From Candidatus Aminicenantes bacterium (GTDB lineage Bacteria; Acidobacteriota; Aminicenantia; Aminicenantales; UBA8522): 64,000 nucleotides of DNA. The DNA lies in assembly GCA_963764885.1 (NCBI GenBank), contig CAVXUH010000007.1, forward strand, positions 634,764-698,763. Reading direction: 5' to 3'. Below, piece by piece: positions 10,515 to 18,467 of the stretch (position 1 is the stretch's first letter; the number at the start of each line of letters is the position of its first letter). The translations under genes and the position numbers were made by a program. Below the pieces are notes generated by a model that saw nothing but the letters and a program-made list of their open reading frames with translations, searched no databases and had not been told where the DNA came from.

Positions 10515-11792
10515 CTAGTAAAACGCGTAGTCGGGGACGACGGCGGATACTTGGCTCCAGCCGTGCAAGAGGCCGTCATAGATCCAGAGTCCGCTCGCGA
10601 ACGCGACCATCAGCGTCGTGTTCCGGTTGTCCCCGTAATAATCTCCGGCCACCATGAAATAGGGATCCGAACCGCTGAGCTGGGTCCAGGAGTTATTGTT
10701 ATATTCGTACATCCACAGCCCGGTCGCTCCGAAATCGACGGCCAGCTCATCGTCGTTGGTGCCCGCATCAACGGTGTAGTCGAATGGCTCGCAGAAACCG
10801 GAGTTATAGGGATATGTGTCGTGAATGGTCACCCGGTTTCCCGGATAACCGCTGTAGGACCAGTAGGTGAGGCCGGCGCCCGAGTTGGAATCGATCACGA
10901 TGCCGGGATTGCCCGAGCCGAACCGGACAGGCTTGAGCCTCTCGGCCCCGTCCGTCGTTATCTGGTGCCAATCGGTGAGGCTGTTCTGCGGCAGGAGCCA
11001 GATCCCCACGCCGGTTCCAAAGTCCAGGATCAAGTCCTCCGCCGCTCCCCCGGTGAACTTAGCCGAGGCATGATCGTCCTCGGCGTTGATGGTCCCGGTC
11101 AACTGTTGATAAATTCCTGAGTACATCCTATATACGCCGACGCCCGGGAACAGGATGCAGCCCTCTTCGTATCCAGGGGTAAAGGAGTCCATCCTGAGAC
11201 CGTGATAGGCGTTGAGGCCGGAGTATTGCGTCCAGAGAGGACCGTCGCTGTCCCAATGCCAGAGACCCGTCGCCCCGAAATCGACGAAGATCTCCTGGCG
11301 CGTATCGTTGTCGTCATCCGCGGCGAAGGCCCATTCGGCGTTGAGCCCGCTGAGCTGCGTCCAGGTGCCGGGATAAGAACTGTAGGTCCACTCCCACAGG
11401 CCCAGCGCGCCGAAATCGCCGATGATCTCGTCGTTGGCGGTGTCGCCCAGGGTCGCGCCGATGATGAACTCGGGATTTGCCCCGCTGATCTGATACCAGG
11501 GTCCGCTGTCACGGACCCAAACGCCGCTCGACCCGAAGTCGCAGGCGATCTCTTGATTGGCGTCAGCGGAATTAAAATTTCCCATGACGACCCCCCAGTA
11601 GGTGCCCAGGCCGTTGCCCGCCGGGTTGGTCGAATTGAGCGGGTCCAGCTGGTCGCTGTCCGGAATGCCTTGGGGGGCGCTGTCCAGGCCCATGATCTTC
11701 GGGGCGGGTTGCAGAGTCTGTGGCTCGTTCTGAGAGAAAGCCAGGCCCCCAACCGCCAGACACAAAAGCAGCACCAAAATCTCTTTTCTCAT
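10515..11792 (-). CDS. secreted beta-propeller repeat protein, paralog B (convergent with paralog A)
   Basis: Signal peptide MRKEILVLLLCLAVGGLAFSQ. Blades DFGSSGVWV...WYQISG, DFGALGLWEW...WTQLSG, DFGATGLWHW...WTQYSG, etc. The C-terminal half is collinear with the 9103..10412 protein. Confidence 0.7.
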   Translation of the reverse strand: MRKEILVLLLCLAVGGLAFSQNEPQTLQPAPKIMGLDSAPQGIPDSDQLDPLNSTNPAGNGLGTYWGVVMGNFNSADANQEIACDFGSSGVWVRDSGPWYQISGANPEFIIGATLGDTANDEIIGDFGALGLWEWTYSSYPGTWTQLSGLNAEWAFAADDDNDTRQEIFVDFGATGLWHWDSDGPLWTQYSGLNAYHGLRMDSFTPGYEEGCILFPGVGVYRMYSGIYQQLTGTINAEDDHASAKFTGGAAEDLILDFGTGVGIWLLPQNSLTDWHQITTDGAERLKPVRFGSGNPGIVIDSNSGAGLTYWSYSGYPGNRVTIHDTYPYNSGFCEPFDYTVDAGTNDDELAVDFGATGLWMYEYNNNSWTQLSGSDPYFMVAGDYYGDNRNTTLMVAFASGLWIYDGLLHGWSQVSAVVPDYAFY

Positions 11793-12175
11793 TGTCCTCC
11801 TCTTTTTTCGAGATGACGGGAAGTCCGTTGCCATTTATTTAGTCGCGGCCCTCGCTCTTTGGTGAATAGGCCGCCGCCTTGCCGCTTCCCCGATCCTGGA
11901 CTTTAAGACAAGCCTGGCCAGCCTGTCAAGTCAATTATTAAACGGCCCGTTGAGTTATCCGTGATTTGGCCGATCCAGGCCGATCCGGCGGTTAACAGAA
12001 GCTCAGGATGAAGCGCGTTTCCGGGAGGCAGGCCGCCAGGATACCCGGCCCGGACAACAGCACGGAGAGACCAAGAACGCGGAGGCCGCTGCGGGCCGCC
12101 TCGCCCCCGAATCGCGCTCTACAAAGGCGGCGCGATGTTGTAGAATTCCGGCGGAATCCGTCCTGGAGGAAGCTC

Positions 12176-13228
12176 ATGGATCGAAGAGATTTTCTCAAGA
12201 TCGCGGGCGTCAGCGGGGCCGCCGGTCTCGCCGGCGGGCCGGTGGCCGCGATGAACGCCGATCGCGCCGCGGCGGCCGCGCCGCCGCTCAAGCCCAAGCG
12301 CCTCAGCCCCGGCGATACGGTCGCGCTCGTCAGCCCCTCGGGCGCCACGGCGACCCGCTTCGACGCGATGATCGTCAAGGAAAACATGGAAGCCTTGGGG
12401 TTCAAGGTGAAACCCGGGCCGCACCTTCTCGACCGCTACGGCTACCTCGGCGGCCGGGACGCCGACCGGGCGGCGGACCTGATGGCCGCCTTCGCCGACC
12501 CGGACGTCGCCGGCATCGTGGCCATGAAGGGCGGCTGGGGCTGCGCCCGCATCCTCCCGTTCCTCGACTACGATGTCATCCGCAAGAACCCGAAGGTGCT
12601 CGTTGGCTACAGCGACATCACCGCCCTCCTCCTCGGCCTCCACGCCAAAACGGGGCTCGTCACCTTCCACGGCCCGATCGGCCTCGACCCCTGGAACGCC
12701 TTCACCGTGGATTTTTTTCGCAAGATCATCATGGAGGCGGAGCCGGCGACTCTCCGGAACCCCGAGGAGGTGGGCGACCACCTGACGCAGTTGGAGAACC
12801 GCGTCCAAACCATCATCCCAGGCTCGGCGACGGGAATCCTGCGGGGCGGCAATCTGTCCATCATCTCGTCGCTCATCGGCACCGACTTCGTCCCCGGCTG
12901 GGGCGATGCCATTGTGTTCGTCGAGGACATTAACGAGGAGATCTACCGGGTGGACAGGATGATGACCCATCTCGCCCTGGCCGGGGTCCTCCGGCAGGCG
13001 AAAGCGTTCATCTTCGGCCGGTGCACCGATTGCGACCCGGACAAGGGCTACGGCTCGCTGACCCTGGAACAGGTCCTGGATGACCACGTCAAGCCGCTGG
13101 GCATTCCCGCCTGGTACGGCGCGAACTTCGGCCACCTGCCGATGAAGTTCACGATGCCCGTCGGGGTCGCGGCCCGGGTGGACGCGGCCAGGGGGACGAT
13201 CGAGCTCCTCGAGCCCGCCGTCCTCTAG
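12176..13228 (+). CDS. LD-carboxypeptidase (peptidase S66, LdcA-like) with Tat signal
   Basis: MDRRDFLKIAGVSGAAGLAGG twin-arginine signal. S66 fold with nucleophile context GYSDITALL and the conserved His/Glu region. The ORF-track start at 12008 is an upstream in-frame extension. Confidence 0.8.
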   Translation: MDRRDFLKIAGVSGAAGLAGGPVAAMNADRAAAAAPPLKPKRLSPGDTVALVSPSGATATRFDAMIVKENMEALGFKVKPGPHLLDRYGYLGGRDADRAADLMAAFADPDVAGIVAMKGGWGCARILPFLDYDVIRKNPKVLVGYSDITALLLGLHAKTGLVTFHGPIGLDPWNAFTVDFFRKIIMEAEPATLRNPEEVGDHLTQLENRVQTIIPGSATGILRGGNLSIISSLIGTDFVPGWGDAIVFVEDINEEIYRVDRMMTHLALAGVLRQAKAFIFGRCTDCDPDKGYGSLTLEQVLDDHVKPLGIPAWYGANFGHLPMKFTMPVGVAARVDAARGTIELLEPAVL

Positions 13229-13232
13229 GCGA

Positions 13233-14855
13233 TCACTTGTAGGGGTCTTCGGAGGCCGGGGCGATGCCGCTCTGGATCACCTGGAGGAGCAGCCGGTTTT
13301 TCTCGGACCGGGTCTCGCCGACGCTCGTGCAGTAGACCGCCGGGTCGTCCATGACCGGGCACTTGGTCTCGCAGATGCCGCAGCCGATGCAGAGGTCGAG
13401 GTCGATGACCGGCGCGAGCGGCGTCAGCACCGTGCCGTCGGGGAGCTTGGTTTCGGTCTTGATGAGCTTGATCGCCTTGGGCGAGGTCGGGCAGTGCTCC
13501 TCGCAGACGATGCACGGCTTGCCGAGGACGTAGGGGATGCAGCGGCTCTTGTTGACCCAGGCGGTCCCGATCTTGACCTTGGCCTTTTCCTCGATCGTGA
13601 GCTTTTTGATCGCCCCCGTGGTGCAGACCTGGGTGCAGAGCGAGCAGTAGTATTCGCAGTAGCCCGTGCGGGGGACGAGGACGGGCGTCCACAGCCCTTC
13701 CGGGCCGGCCTCGCCGAGCGCCGGCTGAAGCCCGTTCGTCGGGCAGGCCTTCATGCACACGCCGCACTTCACGCACCGGTTCAGGAACTCGGGCTCCGGC
13801 ACCGCTCCGGGCGGGCGGATGAGCTTGGCGGTGGCGCGGCTGCCGGCCGGCGTGATCTTCAGGAACGGCGCGGCGATGAGGCCGACGCCGGTCGTCAGCA
13901 GAAGCTTCCGGCGCGAGAGGTTGACGGACTCGATCTTCTCGGGCGCCGCCTTGACGGGGAAGTGGACCGCCGCCGTCGGGCAGACCGCGGCGCAAGTGTA
14001 GCAATAAACGCACTCCGAGCTTCTCCACTCCTCGTTCGGGTAGGGGTTGGCCTGGGTCTGGCACTGGAGGGTGCAGAGGTTGCACTTGATGCACTTCTCG
14101 GGGTCGATCCGCACCTTGCCGATGTTCCACCGGGACAGCAGGCCGAGCAGCGCGCCGGCCGGGCAGAGGTAGCGGCACCAGAACCGCTCCTTCGAGATGT
14201 TGAGGAGCACGGCCCCGATGAACAGCAGGCTCAGGAAGAAGCCCTGATAAAATGTCGCATTGAGCGACAGCGTGCCGAAGAGCTGGGCCAGGGCGTCGCC
14301 CGCCGAACCCCACCGGACCCCGTAGACAAGCGCGGTGAGCGCCGCGCCCGCCTTCGAGAACCACGGAACGACGCCCGTGGCGAACGAGCGGTAGAGGAAA
14401 GACAGCGGGTCGGCGATCCCGGCGAGGTCGACGGCAAGGATGCTGCCGGCGAGGACGAGGATGAGGATGTAGTATTTCCAGGCCAGCCGGCCGCGGCTCT
14501 TGTCCTCCTTCCGGGGCTTGAGGAGCCGGGCCTTCTTGAAGACGAAGGAAAAGAACTGGTGGACGGAGCCCAACGGGCAGACCCAGCCGCAGACGAACCG
14601 TCCCGCGACGAGCGTCAGCAGCACCGTGATCCCGGCCAGGGCGAAGGCCGCGAAGAAGACCCGGGAGGCGATCGCCGTCGTCAGCGCGAGCAGCGGGTCG
14701 AAGTGAAAGAAAGCGCTGACCGGCGGGGCGATGTAGTCCTGACCGGTGTAGTGCGTCAGGAGCAGCAGGCGGAGGAAGACGACGAAGAAGACGACCTGGC
14801 TGAGGACTCGCAGGAGCTGCAGCGCCCGGTATTTTCTAGACTGTTCTTTTTTCAA
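13233..14855 (-). CDS. membrane-bound polyferredoxin (NapH/MauN-type, multiple 4Fe-4S clusters)
   Basis: N-terminal TM helices containing CxxC pairs (FVCGWVCPLG, FWCRYLCPAG), followed by four CxxCxxCxxxCP ferredoxin motifs. Confidence 0.8.
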   Translation of the reverse strand: MKKEQSRKYRALQLLRVLSQVVFFVVFLRLLLLTHYTGQDYIAPPVSAFFHFDPLLALTTAIASRVFFAAFALAGITVLLTLVAGRFVCGWVCPLGSVHQFFSFVFKKARLLKPRKEDKSRGRLAWKYYILILVLAGSILAVDLAGIADPLSFLYRSFATGVVPWFSKAGAALTALVYGVRWGSAGDALAQLFGTLSLNATFYQGFFLSLLFIGAVLLNISKERFWCRYLCPAGALLGLLSRWNIGKVRIDPEKCIKCNLCTLQCQTQANPYPNEEWRSSECVYCYTCAAVCPTAAVHFPVKAAPEKIESVNLSRRKLLLTTGVGLIAAPFLKITPAGSRATAKLIRPPGAVPEPEFLNRCVKCGVCMKACPTNGLQPALGEAGPEGLWTPVLVPRTGYCEYYCSLCTQVCTTGAIKKLTIEEKAKVKIGTAWVNKSRCIPYVLGKPCIVCEEHCPTSPKAIKLIKTETKLPDGTVLTPLAPVIDLDLCIGCGICETKCPVMDDPAVYCTSVGETRSEKNRLLLQVIQSGIAPASEDPYK

Positions 14856-15723
14856 CGCGGAGCTTCTCCAGGCTGATCTGGCCCAGGCCGCGGGCGTTGG
14901 CGAGCGGGATGTACGCCATCTCCTCGGGCCTCATGTCGAAGAAGCCCGCCCCCACCGCGTCCGCGGCGACCGGGTCGACGCTGACGACGGATGTTTTCTG
15001 GAGCTTGACGTCCGAGGTGCGGCCGCCCTGCGGGCCGTTGCGCAGCAGGACCCGGTAGGCGTCGAGGACGGTGACCGTCGGCTTGAAGAAGGCGGCCAGG
15101 TCGACCATCGCCCGGTCGAGCTCCTGGTGAAGCTGGTTCCGGGCGCCGCCCAGCGCGCCCAGCCAGTTCTTCATGCCGATGCTCAGCCGGGACAGGCTGT
15201 GGTGCTTGGCGACCGGAACGTTGATCAGCTTGTCGGTTTCGACAAAATCCGTATAGACCTCCCAGTCCTTCAGCCACTCGCCGTGGAGGGCCATCTTCTT
15301 GAGCTTGTAGGGATTGACGAACGGAACCTTGGCGCCGGCCGCCTTGGCCGCGTCGGCGATCCCCGAGCGCGCGTAGCACCGCTGGGCCTGGTTGGTGGTG
15401 TTGTCCATCACCGTCACGTCCTTGGCCCCGGCCTCGAAACACAGCTCGATCAGGGTCTTGACCACTTCGGGGTTGGTGCAGGCGCCAAGCTCCGGCACCC
15501 GGTCCCAGCCGATGTTCGGCTTGATCATGACCTTGTCGCCCTTGGAGATGAAGCGCCCGATGCCGCCCATCGCCGTCATCGCCGCCCTGGTGATGGCGGC
15601 CGGCGACTCGCCCGTGACGATCGCCATGTCGGGCTGGCCCTTGGCCTGCGCGAGCAGGTCCGGGCCCAGGCGCAGGAGCATTCCGCCGAGCGCCAGGTCC
15701 TTGATAAAATTCCTGCGGTCCAT
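14836..15723 (-). CDS. Tat-exported DUF362 domain protein
   Basis: MDRRNFIKDLALGG Tat signal. DUF362-like core (KVMIKPNIGWD...NTTNQAQRCY...). 20-nt overlap with the downstream polyferredoxin gene suggests translational coupling. Confidence 0.7.
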   Translation of the reverse strand: MDRRNFIKDLALGGMLLRLGPDLLAQAKGQPDMAIVTGESPAAITRAAMTAMGGIGRFISKGDKVMIKPNIGWDRVPELGACTNPEVVKTLIELCFEAGAKDVTVMDNTTNQAQRCYARSGIADAAKAAGAKVPFVNPYKLKKMALHGEWLKDWEVYTDFVETDKLINVPVAKHHSLSRLSIGMKNWLGALGGARNQLHQELDRAMVDLAAFFKPTVTVLDAYRVLLRNGPQGGRTSDVKLQKTSVVSVDPVAADAVGAGFFDMRPEEMAYIPLANARGLGQISLEKLRVEKRTV

Positions 15724-15734
15724 GTCCTTTATCC

Positions 15735-16982
15735 TTATCCTTTACCGAGCGATCTCATGTACTCGATGATGCCGTCGAAGATGCCCCGGGCGACCTGTTT
15801 CCTGTAGGCCGGGCTGCGGAGCCTCTCCTCCTCCTGGGCGTTGCTCAGGTGGGAGATCTCCACGAGCACGGACGGCATCTCACCGCCGATCAGCACCCAG
15901 AACGGCCCGCCGCGGACGCCGAGGTCCTCGACGGCGCTGTAGTGCTCAGATAACGATTTTACCAGATTTTTCTGGATTTTGTTGGCCAGGTCCCGGGATT
16001 CCAGGATCTTGCTGTTCTGGACGATCTTGCCCAGGGTGTTCTTCATCTGGCCAATCGTCCGGGATGAGGTGGCGTTCTCCCGGGCCGCGACCTCGACGAC
16101 CTGCGGGTCCGGGCTGAAGTTGAGGAAAAAAGTCTGGACGCCCTTGCGCGCCCGCTTGCGGTTGGCGTTGGCGTGGACGGAGACGAAGATATCGGCGGTC
16201 TTCTGGTTGGCGATGACGGTCCGGTTCTCGAGGGGGATGTAGATGTCCGAATCCCTGGTGAGGATGACGTCCAGCCCCTTGCCGACCAGCAGGTCCCGCA
16301 GACCCTGGGCGACGGCCAGGACCACTTCTTTTTCCATTTGGCCCTTGCGGCCGATGGCTCCCGGGTCTTCCCCGCCGTGCCCGGCGTCGATGACCACCGT
16401 CCGGATGCCCAGGCCGAGCTGGCGGGCCATGCTGTAGCCGCCCGGCGTGGGCTCGGCCGGCTGGGGGGTCGGCGGCGCTACCGGCCCGGCCGGCGCGGAG
16501 GCCGAAGCCGGCGGCCTGGACCCCGGAGCCTTCGGGAAGACGTCGAGGACGATCCGGAACGGGTCAAAGAGCGGGAAGACCTGGTAGCGCTCGACGGCCG
16601 CCGGGTTGATCTCGACCACGACGCGGACCGTCGTTTCGTTTTTCTGGGCGATCCGGATCTCCCTGAGATAATCGCAGTTGGTGACGATCGTCTTGCCGTG
16701 GAGGATGGGGTTGAGCTGGGCCTGGTAGACGTCGACGAAGATCCGGTCGGGGGCTTTGAGCTCGGCCGAAGTGAACTCCCTGAGCTTGCCGATATCGATG
16801 ACGATCCTGGTGTGGGTGGGGTGCGTGTAGGACCTGAGGTCGTAGACCTCGACCGTCGCCTCCTGGCCCGCCTGGACGGGAAACAGCGGCGCCAGGCCCA
16901 TGATCAGCGAGCAGACGAAGAAGGCGGCGAGACGGCTTCGGCCGCCGCGTTGGCCCGTCCGTGAAACGCTCAGTTCCGACAA
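15735..16982 (-). CDS. amiC: N-acetylmuramoyl-L-alanine amidase (AmiC-like, AMIN domain plus Amidase_3)
   Basis: N-terminal AMIN-like beta domain, Pro-rich linker and Amidase_3 catalytic motifs (VVIDAGHGGEDPGA ... SVHANA ... E). Confidence 0.8.
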   Translation of the reverse strand: MSELSVSRTGQRGGRSRLAAFFVCSLIMGLAPLFPVQAGQEATVEVYDLRSYTHPTHTRIVIDIGKLREFTSAELKAPDRIFVDVYQAQLNPILHGKTIVTNCDYLREIRIAQKNETTVRVVVEINPAAVERYQVFPLFDPFRIVLDVFPKAPGSRPPASASAPAGPVAPPTPQPAEPTPGGYSMARQLGLGIRTVVIDAGHGGEDPGAIGRKGQMEKEVVLAVAQGLRDLLVGKGLDVILTRDSDIYIPLENRTVIANQKTADIFVSVHANANRKRARKGVQTFFLNFSPDPQVVEVAARENATSSRTIGQMKNTLGKIVQNSKILESRDLANKIQKNLVKSLSEHYSAVEDLGVRGGPFWVLIGGEMPSVLVEISHLSNAQEEERLRSPAYRKQVARGIFDGIIEYMRSLGKG

Positions 16983-17068
16983 TCCTTACTTATAATATAA
17001 GAATACTCGGTTTCGGGCAACCGGGTTTCGCCCTGGGAAGTCCGCCGGGGCTCTCCCGCTTCCGGGCA

Positions 17069-18271
17069 TCAGGCCCCGTACTTCTTCAGCTTGCCGGCGT
17101 GGGCCAGGATCAGCGGCATGGCCTGGACCGCGGGAAACCGGCCCAGAAACCCGCGGCGGCAGGACCTCTCCGAGAAATCGGTCACGTCGTCGGGCATCGC
17201 CGAGGCCGCCACGATCATGAACGGGTTGGGATGCCAGGAGTGGGCTTTCATCGGGCACGGCGTCGAATGGTCGGAGGTCACGACCAGCACGTCGGGATGG
17301 AGAGCTTCGAGCCGCGGGATGAAGGCGTCGATCTCCTCGATGGCCGTCACCTTGGCCTCGTCATTCCCGTCCTCGCCGGCCGCGTCGGTTTTCTTGAAAT
17401 GAACGTAGAAGAAATCGTAGTCGGCGGAGCAGGCCTCGAGCGAATCCAGGAGGTCGGAGGTGGCCGGCCCCGCGTCCTTGACGTCCATCCCAAGGAGCCG
17501 CGCCAGTCCCTTGTACATCGGGTAGTTGGCGATGGCCGCCGCCTTGATCTTGTAGAGCTCGGCGACGCCGGGGAGCGAGGGGAACTTGGAGAACCCGCGG
17601 ACGAGCACGGTGTTGGCCACGGTCCGGTCGCTGAGAACGCGGGTGACGTCGTCCAGGAAGTGATTCACCACCCGGGCCGCCGTCTCGGCGTCGGGCGAGA
17701 GCGCCTGGCTGTAGGCCGGCGGCTTGTTGTCTTTCTGAGGATCGGCGTCGGACAGAGCCTCGGTCAGGCCTTCGCCGCTGAACCTGACCACGAAGCGGTG
17801 CTCTTTTCCGGGGAAGAGCCGGATGGCGATCCCGGGGGGAGGCTGGAGCTCGGCGTTCAGGCGAGCGCAGAGCTTCTCGTTTTCCGCGGTGGGTAGGCGG
17901 CCGGCGCGCCGGTCGACGACCAGCCCGCCCTGGAGAGTGGCGTAATTGCCCCGGGCGACCAGGTCGTTGGGGCCGACCTCGACGCCCGAGCCGAGGGCCT
18001 CGAGGATGCCCCGCCCCAGCTGATAGCGGAGAGGGTCATAGCCGAAGAGCGCCAGGTGGGCCGGCCCGCTGCCCGGAGTGATCCCCGGGAAGATCGGGTC
18101 GGTCAGGCCGCAGGCGGCCTTCTCGGCCAGCCGGTCGAGGTTGGGCTTCCGTGCCCTTTCCAGGGCCGTCAGCCCGCCGGTCGGGAGGTCGCCCATGCCG
18201 TCCATGACGAGCAGGATGATCTTGGACGGCGTGACGACAGACAGTTCTTTAGCGAGTGTTTCCCAATCCAT
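17069..18271 (-). CDS. apgM: 2,3-bisphosphoglycerate-independent phosphoglycerate mutase, archaeal type
   Basis: LVMDGMGD at the N-terminus and VVTSDHSTPC, characteristic of the ApgM family. 400 aa. Confidence 0.8.
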   Translation of the reverse strand: MDWETLAKELSVVTPSKIILLVMDGMGDLPTGGLTALERARKPNLDRLAEKAACGLTDPIFPGITPGSGPAHLALFGYDPLRYQLGRGILEALGSGVEVGPNDLVARGNYATLQGGLVVDRRAGRLPTAENEKLCARLNAELQPPPGIAIRLFPGKEHRFVVRFSGEGLTEALSDADPQKDNKPPAYSQALSPDAETAARVVNHFLDDVTRVLSDRTVANTVLVRGFSKFPSLPGVAELYKIKAAAIANYPMYKGLARLLGMDVKDAGPATSDLLDSLEACSADYDFFYVHFKKTDAAGEDGNDEAKVTAIEEIDAFIPRLEALHPDVLVVTSDHSTPCPMKAHSWHPNPFMIVAASAMPDDVTDFSERSCRRGFLGRFPAVQAMPLILAHAGKLKKYGA

Positions 18272-18345
18272 GATGCCTCACTTTCATAATTCGGGGGATA
18301 GTATACATAATGCGCTCAATTTCACTCAATTCAATTATAGCCTGA

Positions 18346-18452
18346 CAAATTGGTGACAGGTTATCCATTCACCAATTTCCAAGCAAATTGTGTTCAATTA
18401 TTGACAATTTCGGTCAACGAAAAAGGGGAATTGATAACCTGTCACCAATTCG
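18346..18452. repeat. pair of inverted copies of a 19-28 nt motif (AATTGGTGACAGGTTATC / GATAACCTGTCACCAATT) about 68 bp apart in the DUF4855-apgM intergenic region
   Basis: 18348-18365 and 18433-18450 are exact reverse complements. Copy A lies within a 9-bp-stem hairpin AATTGGTGA...TCACCAATT. A TATAAT hexamer (minus strand) sits between the motif and the apgM start. Confidence 0.6.
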
Positions 18453-18467
18453 AAACGGCCATTGGGG

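Noticed and set aside
12008-12175. N-terminal 56-aa extension of the LD-carboxypeptidase ORF
   Set aside because: A Tat signal peptide must be N-terminal. The Met at 12176 directly precedes RRDFLK, so the upstream in-frame stretch is most likely untranslated.
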